A DNA stretch of 64,000 nt from a virus (lineage: Duplodnaviria > Caudoviricetes). How positions within the stretch are numbered: the first letter of the stretch is position 1; each line of letters begins with the position of its first letter. The stretch lies in the IMG/VR virus record IMGVR_UViG_3300027759_000044; one strand, written 5' to 3'. The notes beneath the pieces were generated by a model that was not told the origin of the DNA, made no database searches, and was given only the letters and a program-made list of their open reading frames with translations. The translations under genes and the position numbers were made by a program. Below, piece by piece: positions 8,611 through 16,958 of this stretch.

Positions 8611-10059
8611 ATGGCATTAGAAATAGGCACCGGAATCACGATAGGTACTGGTATTACATTACAAATTGAAACAGGCGGTTCAGCTCCAGTTAACACAGTG
8701 GCACCTGTTGTTAGTGGTACAGCTACTGTTGGTCAAACATTATCAACTACTAATGGTACTTGGACTGGTACAGCCACAATAACATTTACATATCAATGGC
8801 AACGAAATGGTACTAATATAGGAAGTGCAACGTCTAGTAACTACACATTAGTAAATGCTGATGCTGGTAATCCAATTAGATGTGTAGTAACTGGTACAAA
8901 TGGTATTGGTAATTCATCTGCTAACTCTAATGCTACAGCTAATGTATCTGCTATTGCTCCCGGAGCTCCAACTATAGGTGCAGCCACAGCTACAGGATCA
9001 ACAACAGCCACAGTAGCATATACAGCTCCAGCAAGTAATGGCGGTGCCACTATTACAACATATACCGCAACAAGCAGTCCTGGTGGCATCACCGGTACAC
9101 TAAGTCAAGCAGGTAGTGGTACTATTACAGTTTCAGGATTAAGTGGAAGTACAAGTTACACATTTACCGTAACAGCAACTAACAGTGCTGGTACAGGTAG
9201 TCCAAGTAGTGCAAGTAATAGCATTACAACATCAACACCGGTAGCAACATCATCTGTTGATTATCTTGTTGTTGCAGGTGGCGGAGGATGTGCTGGTCCA
9301 TATCACGGAGGTGGCGGCGGTGCGGGAGGTTTATATTATGCTTCTGGATTCTCTGTTAGTGGCGGAGTTAACGTAACTGTTGGTGCAGGCGGTGCTGGTT
9401 CTGTAAATGGAAGTAGCAGTACATTTTCATCAGTTACTGCTTCAGGAGGAGGAGGAGCATATGCTGATGCTAATGGCTTGAACGGTGGTAGCGGTGGTGG
9501 TGCCGGTGGCTATCAAGAGATTGGTGGTAGCGGTATTGCTGGACAAGGATATGCCGGTGGTAATTCTAATGTAACCAATGGTACTAATGCTCGTGGTGGC
9601 GGAGGAGGTGGAGGTGCAGGCGGAGTAGGTGGTAATTTAATTCCTAATGCATCAAATACACCTACACAATATGCGGGTAATGGCGGTGTAGGACTTGCTT
9701 TAAGCATTACTGGAACATCTGTTTACTATGCAGGAGGTGGTGGTGCCGGAGCCGACTACGTTACTTGGAATACAGTTAAAGGTACCGGTGGTTTAGGTGG
9801 AGGCGGTGATGGTGGCCAACAAGGCGGAGCAGGATCCTCAACACCCACAAACGGAACTGCAAATACAGGAGGAGGTGCCGGTGGTGTAAGCCCTGCTTTA
9901 ACATCAGTTAACGGTGGCTCTGGTGTTGTGATTATTGCTTATCCATCAAGCTACCGAGATTTGTCAGGTATTGATGCTGGACTAACTTATACCAAAACTA
10001 CTTCAGGTGGAAACACAATTTACAAATTTACTGCTGGTACCGGAAGTATTACTTTCTAA
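8611..10059 (+). CDS. Ig-like + FN3 + glycine-rich fibre/adhesin, paralogue 4
   Basis: Same architecture; C-terminus closest to paralogue 1. Confidence 0.7.
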   Translation: MALEIGTGITIGTGITLQIETGGSAPVNTVAPVVSGTATVGQTLSTTNGTWTGTATITFTYQWQRNGTNIGSATSSNYTLVNADAGNPIRCVVTGTNGIGNSSANSNATANVSAIAPGAPTIGAATATGSTTATVAYTAPASNGGATITTYTATSSPGGITGTLSQAGSGTITVSGLSGSTSYTFTVTATNSAGTGSPSSASNSITTSTPVATSSVDYLVVAGGGGCAGPYHGGGGGAGGLYYASGFSVSGGVNVTVGAGGAGSVNGSSSTFSSVTASGGGGAYADANGLNGGSGGGAGGYQEIGGSGIAGQGYAGGNSNVTNGTNARGGGGGGGAGGVGGNLIPNASNTPTQYAGNGGVGLALSITGTSVYYAGGGGAGADYVTWNTVKGTGGLGGGGDGGQQGGAGSSTPTNGTANTGGGAGGVSPALTSVNGGSGVVIIAYPSSYRDLSGIDAGLTYTKTTSGGNTIYKFTAGTGSITF

Positions 10060-10085
10060 AAATTAAACACCGGTAGTGTAATTTA

Positions 10086-10112
10086 ATAAAAAGGCTCTCA
10101 GGAGCCTTTTTT
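10086..10112 (+). terminator. Intrinsic terminator closing the fibre array
   Basis: ATAAAAAGGCTCTCAGGAGCCTTTTTT. Confidence 0.85.
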
Positions 10113-10113
10113 G

Positions 10114-10142
10114 TTGACATAAATTACATTCTCTGTTATACT
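10114..10142 (+). promoter_or_regulatory. sigma70-type promoter
   Basis: TTGACA-17-TATACT. Confidence 0.75.
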
Positions 10143-10148
10143 CATCAT

Positions 10149-10403
10149 ATGAAAATAGAACGTGCTTTAGATTGGAATCAAGTTAGTAGTAACTTATCAA
10201 GTCAAATGAATGGGATTGGCTACAACCCCGACCTACATCGTATGTATAAAAACATTGACAAAATGGTCACAGAATTAAGCAAACTAGAAGTCAATCTACG
10301 TAGAACGGGTAAGTTTGAAATGTTAAACGATAGAGTTACCAAAATCAATAACGCTATCAATCACTTGGAAAAGTTAGTATTGATGGCTAATCTAATGAAG
10401 TAA
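10149..10403 (+). CDS. Hypothetical protein (84 aa, helical)
   Basis: ORF directly downstream of a promoter. Confidence 0.65.
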   Translation: MKIERALDWNQVSSNLSSQMNGIGYNPDLHRMYKNIDKMVTELSKLEVNLRRTGKFEMLNDRVTKINNAINHLEKLVLMANLMK

Positions 10404-10404
10404 T

Positions 10405-10433
10405 TTGACAATAATTGGATTTGGGTATATAAT
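10405..10433 (+). promoter_or_regulatory. Early promoter
   Basis: TTGACAATAATT...TATAAT, 17-bp spacer. Confidence 0.8.
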
Positions 10434-10460
10434 AGAGTCTTATTCAGTCAAAAGGTATCT

Positions 10461-10715
10461 ATGAAATTCAATGCAAATGCAGTTAGTACTTTGTACTTCA
10501 GAGTCTCAATGAAAAAACGGCCCTATAGTGATGAAGAAATTTGTTTATTAATCTCAGCAAGTGATTATACAAAAACAAATAATAAAGGTAAACTTTTATT
10601 AGGTAAAACTCTCTATTTTAGAGAATTACCATTAACTACTGAACAAACTATTATTGATTCTCATATTGAGCAAATTGCCAGAATCAATAATTTTTCTTCT
10701 ACACAAGTTTTGTAA
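10461..10715 (+). CDS. Hypothetical protein (84 aa)
   Basis: ORF with AAGG RBS after an early promoter. Confidence 0.55.
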   Translation: MKFNANAVSTLYFRVSMKKRPYSDEEICLLISASDYTKTNNKGKLLLGKTLYFRELPLTTEQTIIDSHIEQIARINNFSSTQVL

Positions 10716-10722
10716 TCAAAAT

Positions 10723-10751
10723 TTGACAATAAATCCAATTAGTGATACAAT
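10723..10751 (+). promoter_or_regulatory. Early promoter with no ORF before the next promoter
   Basis: TTGACAATAAAT...TACAAT, 17-bp spacer. Confidence 0.75.
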
Positions 10752-10825
10752 ACACAAATTGAACAATATAAAACTGACTAGTTAATCAAATGGGTAGTTG
10801 TTGTAAATAAACAACAACACAAAAT

Positions 10826-10854
10826 TTGACAATAAATCAGTTTTATACTATACT
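10826..10854 (+). promoter_or_regulatory. Early promoter
   Basis: TTGACAATAAAT...TATACT, 17-bp spacer. Confidence 0.8.
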
Positions 10855-10888
10855 TCATACATATTAAATTTTTCAACAGGAGCATCTA

Positions 10889-11989
10889 ATGGCATCAGTA
10901 TCAGACAATCTCACTATCACTAGTGTACAAACTCGCAAGGCAATGCTTAAAGCATTCAAAGCGAAACGCCCGCTTTTCTTGTGGGGCCCGCCCGGTATCG
11001 GTAAATCAGAAGTTGTAGCAGAAGTTACTGAAGAACTAGGTGGCTTTATGATTGACTTGCGTATGGCACAAATGGAGCCTACAGATATTCGCGGTATCCC
11101 ATTCTTTAATAAAGATATTAATAAAATGGACTGGGCGGCACCTGTTGACTTGCCTGACGAGGACCTAGCAAGTCAGTACCCGATCGTTGTTCTATTCTTA
11201 GATGAAATGAATTCAGCAAGTCCCGCAGTACAAGCGGCCGGCTATCAGTTGATTTTGAATCGTAGAGTTGGTAAGTATAAGTTACCTGACAATGTTGTTA
11301 TCGTTGCGGCAGGCAATCGTGACTCTGACAAAGGTGTTACATATCGTATGCCAATGCCCCTCGCTAATCGTTTCTTACACTTAGAAATGAGAGCAGATTT
11401 TACATCATGGCAGAATTGGGCTGTTAACAAAGGTATTCACAAAGACGTTGTGGGTTACTTGTCATTTGCTAAACAAGATTTGTACGATTTTGATGCTAAA
11501 TCGTCAAGTAGAGCATTCGCTACACCTCGCACATGGTGTTTCGTTAGTGATTTGTTGAATGATGAAAACGATACAGATAGCGATACATTGTTCAATTTGA
11601 TTTCAGGTGCTGTTGGTGAAGGTCTTGCTGTTAAGTTTGCGGCACATCGTAAAGTAGCAGGTCGTATGCCCGAACCCTCAGATATTTTGTCAGGTAAAGT
11701 TAAGGACCTCGCAGTTAAAGAAATTTCTGCTATGTACTCACTTACAATTTCAATGTGTTATGAATTGCGTGATGCACTAGAGACAAAGAAAGTTTCTAGT
11801 AAAGAGTTCCACACAATGGCTGATAATTTCTTCAGTTACATTATGGCAAACTTTGAGACTGAACTAGTTGTTATGGGTGCCAAGATTGCGCTTAAGACAT
11901 ACAAGTTACCAATTGAACCTAGTCAGTTGAAGAACTTTGATGACTTTCATAAGAAATACGGCAAGTACATTGTAGACGCAGGTAATTAA
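10889..11989 (+). CDS. MoxR-like AAA+ ATPase
   Basis: Walker A GPPGIGKS, Walker B LFLDEMN, AAGNR, PLANRF, ATPRTW. Confidence 0.85.
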   Translation: MASVSDNLTITSVQTRKAMLKAFKAKRPLFLWGPPGIGKSEVVAEVTEELGGFMIDLRMAQMEPTDIRGIPFFNKDINKMDWAAPVDLPDEDLASQYPIVVLFLDEMNSASPAVQAAGYQLILNRRVGKYKLPDNVVIVAAGNRDSDKGVTYRMPMPLANRFLHLEMRADFTSWQNWAVNKGIHKDVVGYLSFAKQDLYDFDAKSSSRAFATPRTWCFVSDLLNDENDTDSDTLFNLISGAVGEGLAVKFAAHRKVAGRMPEPSDILSGKVKDLAVKEISAMYSLTISMCYELRDALETKKVSSKEFHTMADNFFSYIMANFETELVVMGAKIALKTYKLPIEPSQLKNFDDFHKKYGKYIVDAGN

Positions 11990-11990
11990 T

Positions 11991-12155
11991 ATGGCAACAA
12001 AGATTTTAACTGGCAAGAAGTATTTCTACGCAATGGGTCAAAGTGCCCGTGATCGTGGATTGAACAAAAGTGAAGCGGAGGAACTGTACACTAAAGGTGC
12101 GGATCCTTACGCAAGGATTTACTTTGATAAAGGTTATCGCAAACTATCAATGTAA
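11991..12155 (+). CDS. Hypothetical 54-aa protein (MATKILTGKKYFYAMG...)
   Basis: Fills the gap after the ATPase; below the ORF-track cutoff. Confidence 0.6.
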   Translation: MATKILTGKKYFYAMGQSARDRGLNKSEAEELYTKGADPYARIYFDKGYRKLSM

Positions 12156-12157
12156 TT

Positions 12158-12186
12158 TTGACAGTAAATCACTAGTGTGTTACAAT
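12158..12186 (+). promoter_or_regulatory. Early promoter
   Basis: TTGACAGTAAAT...TACAAT, 17-bp spacer. Confidence 0.75.
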
Positions 12187-12212
12187 ACATACTTAACTAA
12201 CAAAGGACCAAT

Positions 12213-13499
12213 ATGAGTGAAGTAATTAATCCCAGTAAGAAACGTAGTCGCAGTAAGAAATTTGAGAATCTTGTAGGACCTACAGATAGTAAGATTGACC
12301 ATCAAGCACGTGAAAAATTAGTTACCGCACGTATTGGTCTATTGTTGCGTCATAGTTTTTTTGGCAATCTTGCTACACGTATGCAATTGATTAATGCTGA
12401 TCTATGGTGTAGTACAGCGGCAACTGATGGATTGAAATTCTATTACAATAGTCGTTTCATTATGATGTTGAAGCCTAAAGAAGTTGAATTCTTAGTTGGC
12501 CATGAAGTGTTACACGTTGTTTACGATCACATGGGTCGTAGAGGTAATCGTGATCCCGAAATCTGGAACATTGCTGATGACTATGCTGTCAATGCTGATT
12601 TGAAACGTCACAAAGTGGGTGAGTTTATTAAGACAGTACCTTGCTTGTATGAGCAGAAGTATGATGGTAAAGCCGCAGAAGAAATCTATGATGATTTGAT
12701 GAAGAATGTTCAGAAAATCTCTATTGATGATTTACTAGACCAGATGATTGACGATCACATGGATGATGAAGGTGATGGAGATGGTGATCAAGAAGGTGAA
12801 GGTAACAAAAAAGGCAAGCGTCCTTCAATGAGTCCTGAAGAACGTGAACGTGTGCGTCAGGAAGTTAAGCAAGCAATTATCAATGCCGCAAGTAGTGCTG
12901 AAGCAGGTTCATTGCCCTTAGGTGTTGAGCGACTGATTAAACAACATACTAACCCAGTTATGCCTTGGCGTGAACTGATTCAAACTAATTTGACAAGTGC
13001 TATTCGCACAGATTATTCTTGGATGCGTCCCTCACGTAGAGGTTGGCATATGGATGCTATCATGCCCGGCATGAATCCCGGTGAAGAAATTGATGTTGTT
13101 ATTGCTATTGATATGTCAGGTAGTATTAGCAATAGTCAAGCACAAGCATTCTTGGGTGAGATCGGTGGCATGATGAATAGCTTTGATGGTTACAAGGTCC
13201 ACGTATTTTGTTTTGATACTGAGACATATAACCCGAAAGATTTCAGTAGTGAGAACATGGACCTCATTGATGAGTATGAGCCAATGGGCGGTGGTGGTAC
13301 TGACTTTGATTGTATCTTTACGTACTTGAAAGATATCGGTAATGTACCTAAACGATTGATTGTATTCACCGATGGTTATCCTTTTGGTAGTTGGGGTGAT
13401 GCTGATTACTGTGATACAACATGGATCATTCATGGTGACAAAAATCCCAATCCCCCTTTCGGTACTTATGCAATTTATGATGAGCCGGTAACAGCATGA
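12213..13499 (+). CDS. Metallopeptidase-like + vWA domain protein (DUF2201 type), MoxR partner
   Basis: HEVLH zinc motif, acidic linker, MIDAS DMSGS, GGGTDF, FTDG. Confidence 0.85.
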   Translation: MSEVINPSKKRSRSKKFENLVGPTDSKIDHQAREKLVTARIGLLLRHSFFGNLATRMQLINADLWCSTAATDGLKFYYNSRFIMMLKPKEVEFLVGHEVLHVVYDHMGRRGNRDPEIWNIADDYAVNADLKRHKVGEFIKTVPCLYEQKYDGKAAEEIYDDLMKNVQKISIDDLLDQMIDDHMDDEGDGDGDQEGEGNKKGKRPSMSPEERERVRQEVKQAIINAASSAEAGSLPLGVERLIKQHTNPVMPWRELIQTNLTSAIRTDYSWMRPSRRGWHMDAIMPGMNPGEEIDVVIAIDMSGSISNSQAQAFLGEIGGMMNSFDGYKVHVFCFDTETYNPKDFSSENMDLIDEYEPMGGGGTDFDCIFTYLKDIGNVPKRLIVFTDGYPFGSWGDADYCDTTWIIHGDKNPNPPFGTYAIYDEPVTA

Positions 13500-13612
13500 T
13501 ATTAGATATACTTGGCTATGGGTTTATAGTATTAGTACTAGGAATAGTCTTGTATATTTTTATTAGACTACTCACCGGAGCATTAGAAACATTATCAAAA
13601 CATGATGACTAA
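13496..13612 (+). CDS. 38-aa single-TM protein
   Basis: MILDILGYGFIVLVLGIVLYIFIRLLTG...; ATGA-coupled to the vWA gene stop. Confidence 0.55.
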   Translation: MILDILGYGFIVLVLGIVLYIFIRLLTGALETLSKHDD

Positions 13613-13964
13613 GAACAAGCATTATCTAGCAGTGTGGGACTGTAACGGTCTTGAAAGTCTACATGATGTTGACTATCATATGGAAAAGTATAATGAATGG
13701 GAGAAGCAAAAAGTTCTTTCTATTCTTAAAGAAGAACGCATTCCTGAGCAGCCAAAAGGTATTCCGTTACAAATGTTGATCCTTCGTGCTAAATTTAATA
13801 GTCAACGTGCTTATGAAATTTATGAATTCAATAGTACAATGGGATACAAAGAACTTACGAAAGTATTTAATGATGACCCCCAACCAGTTGTAAAATGGAT
13901 TAGAGAGAACGGCAAGAAAGTCTATAGTGACTATGTTAAGCAGGATAGGAAGATGATTGTATGA
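13602..13964 (+). CDS. Hypothetical protein
   Basis: Tightly packed ORF. Confidence 0.65.
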   Translation: MMTKNKHYLAVWDCNGLESLHDVDYHMEKYNEWEKQKVLSILKEERIPEQPKGIPLQMLILRAKFNSQRAYEIYEFNSTMGYKELTKVFNDDPQPVVKWIRENGKKVYSDYVKQDRKMIV

Positions 13965-14392
13965 TGTATATTGGTACAAGTCTAGGTGGTTGCTTACTTA
14001 GTCTTATGAATAACGAAGTGTCCGAGGATCAGGTTATGTTCATTGTAACACGTACATTTTGTCCTGATTATGATGCCTTCATTCAAGTAGTACAACAATA
14101 TCACGCAGAGGGTAATCCTAATGCCCGTAATCCTGCACAATATGGTTTAGGTGATTATGATTTGAACGAAGTAAAAAATCTAGCTACTAGATTATATTTC
14201 TCAGGTAGAATACACCAACCTAGGGTATTTGATAATGCAGGAAGAACAGCTGGACATTATTATCCTTATAATCATCCAGCAAAGTTAGGTCACGGATTAT
14301 GGATGCAAGTTGTTCCCACTAATGATAACTCTACTCCAGTAGTGATTGAAGCTTGGGAAAAATACAAGATGTTGGACAATTTAACAAAATGA
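13961..14392 (+). CDS. Hypothetical protein
   Basis: ATGA-coupled ORF. Confidence 0.65.
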   Translation: MMYIGTSLGGCLLSLMNNEVSEDQVMFIVTRTFCPDYDAFIQVVQQYHAEGNPNARNPAQYGLGDYDLNEVKNLATRLYFSGRIHQPRVFDNAGRTAGHYYPYNHPAKLGHGLWMQVVPTNDNSTPVVIEAWEKYKMLDNLTK

Positions 14393-14640
14393 TTGAATAT
14401 CAGTTAGATCCTATTACATGGTTTAGTGAAAGAGAGTTGACACATACTCCTAAACATTTTGTAGTAACCTCACATCCATGTACAGAAGAATCTAAACAAT
14501 GGGTTTTAGATAAATTAACTGGTAGATTTAGTATTACATATCCTACAATCAGTAGCAATATATATGAATTAATAAACCCTAGTTGTATTGCCTTTGAAGA
14601 TCCTCAAGAAGCAGTCTTTTATGAACTTAAATGGTCATAA
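14389..14640 (+). CDS. Small protein with C-terminal F.D..EA.F..LKW motif
   Basis: ATGA-coupled start at 14389; ends AFEDPQEAVFYELKWS. Confidence 0.6.
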   Translation: MIEYQLDPITWFSERELTHTPKHFVVTSHPCTEESKQWVLDKLTGRFSITYPTISSNIYELINPSCIAFEDPQEAVFYELKWS

Positions 14641-14714
14641 ATGGGCATATGGAAATTTTGTAGAGAACAAATTTCTTATTAAATAAGTTTAGCATATTAC
14701 AAGGAGAACATAAT

Positions 14715-15422
14715 ATGAGTTTTACAAGACATGTAGGAAAACACGGTGATAGAAAAGTAGCTGTAGTATTCCGAGAAGTACCGGGCGAGCCTCATATGTG
14801 CTTAGTAACATATACGGAAACAATTAATAAGAATATACATGATTCACTTATTAGCTGTATTGAAAGTGATATTGGTCAAAATAGCGAGAATTTAGCTGAT
14901 GCGTTGAATCGGAGCTATACTCAAGATGGTAGACCGATACTACAAGTTTTACATTCGGAAAGTCAACTAAAGAAAGTCAATACAGAAGTAATTGTAATGA
15001 CACCTGCACCAAACACTAGAATTAAATTAAATGACCTTAATAAAATTTTAGATGAAATGAAATTGGGTGAAGATGCAGTTAAGCGTATGGCTGAATTAGA
15101 CCAGAGTCGCGGATTACAAGATCCAGCTGATGTAGCACGTAGAATGCGTGGACAACAAGGTAAACAACCACCAGTAGTTGCACCATCAGGTGATGCATTA
15201 GGTGACGCCTCATTAGCTAAACAACGTATTGAACAAGCACAGAAAATGGAACGTGAAGCAAAAGGCTTATTAGCTGAAGCACAACGTTTAACTACAGAAG
15301 CACAAACACTAGATCCTTCACTAGCTCCTAAACCAGCTAGGGCTAAAAAGGCAGCAGTTGTGGCTGAAGTAGCGACACCAGCAAAGAAAAAAACTACAAA
15401 AAAAATAACTAATGTCGCCTGA
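14715..15422 (+). CDS. Hypothetical protein with coiled-coil and basic C-terminus
   Basis: Strong AGGAG RBS; 235 aa. Confidence 0.7.
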   Translation: MSFTRHVGKHGDRKVAVVFREVPGEPHMCLVTYTETINKNIHDSLISCIESDIGQNSENLADALNRSYTQDGRPILQVLHSESQLKKVNTEVIVMTPAPNTRIKLNDLNKILDEMKLGEDAVKRMAELDQSRGLQDPADVARRMRGQQGKQPPVVAPSGDALGDASLAKQRIEQAQKMEREAKGLLAEAQRLTTEAQTLDPSLAPKPARAKKAAVVAEVATPAKKKTTKKITNVA

Positions 15423-15708
15423 TTTTATCGATAAATGGGAACACATCCTTGAAGATGTTGAGAAGAACAAAATACCAGTAGAGTTTATTAAAAAATTAAT
15501 TATTAAACTAACTGGAAAGAAGCAACAAACGATTAACATTCAAAAGTTACTTCAACAGGGTTTGGATCCAGATCAAGTAGAGGATGCTGTTAGTCGTAAA
15601 TTAAATGAGTTGGAAGATTCTATTGTTAGTGTAGAATTTGTTCTTAATGTACAAAGTATCGCAGATACAGTACAACCAGAAACTGATAGACTATTAGGTA
15701 AACTTTAA
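15412..15708 (+). CDS. Hypothetical protein
   Basis: Overlap-coupled ORF followed by a terminator. Confidence 0.65.
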   Translation: MSPDFIDKWEHILEDVEKNKIPVEFIKKLIIKLTGKKQQTINIQKLLQQGLDPDQVEDAVSRKLNELEDSIVSVEFVLNVQSIADTVQPETDRLLGKL

Positions 15709-15715
15709 CTCAATC

Positions 15716-15741
15716 AAAAAGCCCTGATTAGTCGGGGTTTT
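15716..15741 (+). terminator. Intrinsic terminator
   Basis: AAAAAGCCCTGA-TTAG-TCGGGGTTTT. Confidence 0.7.
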
Positions 15742-15760
15742 CCTTATTATATAATAAATT

Positions 15761-16660
15761 ATGAAACAATACTTAGAACTATTACAAGATATACTAGATA
15801 ACGGAGAAATTAAAGATGACAGAACTGGTGTGGGTACCTATAGTGTTTTTGGACGTCATATTCGCTTTGATTTGCGTAGGGGCTTTCCCGCAGTCACAAC
15901 TAAAAAACTTGCTTGGAAATCTTGCGTTGGTGAACTACTATGGTTTATTGAAGGCAGTAGTGATGAGCGTAGATTGGCAGAGATTACCCATGGTGACAGT
16001 GAAGGAAAAATTACTATCTGGACGCCAAATGCGCTTGCTCCGTATTGGAAACACAAAGCGAAGTTTGAAGGTGATCTCGGACGTGTATATGGGGTACAAT
16101 GGCGCCATTGGAACAAATATCGCACCGAAAAAGACATGGGTAAGGCACACAAAGGTGGTACACGCCTCGCAGTTGACAAGATTGAAGTCGACCAATTGGC
16201 AAATCTCATTAAAGGATTAACTGAAGATCCTAATGGGCGCAGGCACATACTCAGTGCTTGGAACGTGAGCGAGTTAGACGAAATGGCATTGCCCCCTTGT
16301 CACGTTATGAGTCAATTTTATGTCAACAAAAATAAAGAACTTTCTTGCCATATGTATCAGAGATCCGTGGATGTTTTTTTAGGCCTCCCCTTTAATATTG
16401 CTAGTTATGCACTACTTACACATCTACTGGCACATCACTGTGGTTTAAAAGTAGGTGAACTTGTTATCAGTACAGGTGATACACATATCTACAAAGACCA
16501 TATTGAGCAAGTTAAAGAACAATTAACACGTGAACCGTATCCATTGCCTACATTGATGTTAAATGCTTCAAAGACAAACATTTTTGAGATGACAATGGAA
16601 GATATACATTTGGAGAACTATCAAAGTCATGGCCCTATCAAAGCAACAATGGCAGTCTGA
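15761..16660 (+). CDS. thyA: Thymidylate synthase
   Basis: DRTGVGT, RRHILSAWN, ALPPCH (catalytic Cys), YQRSVDVFLGLPFNIASY, GDTHIY. Confidence 0.97.
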   Translation: MKQYLELLQDILDNGEIKDDRTGVGTYSVFGRHIRFDLRRGFPAVTTKKLAWKSCVGELLWFIEGSSDERRLAEITHGDSEGKITIWTPNALAPYWKHKAKFEGDLGRVYGVQWRHWNKYRTEKDMGKAHKGGTRLAVDKIEVDQLANLIKGLTEDPNGRRHILSAWNVSELDEMALPPCHVMSQFYVNKNKELSCHMYQRSVDVFLGLPFNIASYALLTHLLAHHCGLKVGELVISTGDTHIYKDHIEQVKEQLTREPYPLPTLMLNASKTNIFEMTMEDIHLENYQSHGPIKATMAV

Positions 16661-16958
16661 TACTGAACTTAGACCTAAGTATCAGGTACAAGTATCTGAT
16701 ACAGGGAAAGAGATAGTGTCTATCACTCATGTAGTTCACTATATTAAAATGGGTGACGTTGAGGATCCTGATTTGTTTGTGGCACAACCTATATATGAGT
16801 GGCAACAAACGGAAGCTGGTAAATGGATAATGGAAAACTCTAATCCTACACCCAGTTGGCATCGCAACAATGACCTATACAATTATGGTTATGTATATCA
16901 GATTAGAGCATATCTAACACATAAACAATTAACATTTTGGAAATTAAAATATGAGTAA
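16629..16958 (+). CDS. Hypothetical protein
   Basis: Overlaps the thyA end; C-terminus LTFWKLKYE is weakly like the small-protein family. Confidence 0.6.
   Translation: MALSKQQWQSDTELRPKYQVQVSDTGKEIVSITHVVHYIKMGDVEDPDLFVAQPIYEWQQTEAGKWIMENSNPTPSWHRNNDLYNYGYVYQIRAYLTHKQLTFWKLKYE

Larger units (their letters stand above)
4122..9230 (+). repeat. Dispersed near-identical Ig/FN3-coding blocks shared among the four paralogues
   Basis: Exact matches: 4122-4154 = 5655-5687; 4221-4272 = 8788-8839; 5832-5878 = 8866-8912; 6072-6108 = 7226-7262. Confidence 0.85.

Noticed and set aside
4274-9707. Many antisense and alternate-frame ORFs over the glycine-rich genes
   Set aside because: They are shadows of repetitive GGT/ACA/GCA codon usage, recur because the sense genes are paralogous, and lack RBSs.
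4035-10059. Diversity-generating retroelement acting on the fibre array
   Set aside because: No reverse transcriptase in the window, no non-coding template repeat, and differences are not adenine-specific.
15816-16248. Overlapping ORFs inside thyA
   Set aside because: No motifs or RBS; fully explained by thyA.
15761-16660. ThyA as a dCMP hydroxymethylase
   Set aside because: It retains the dUMP-specifying Asn in PFNIASY; dCMP-modifying homologues have Asp there.
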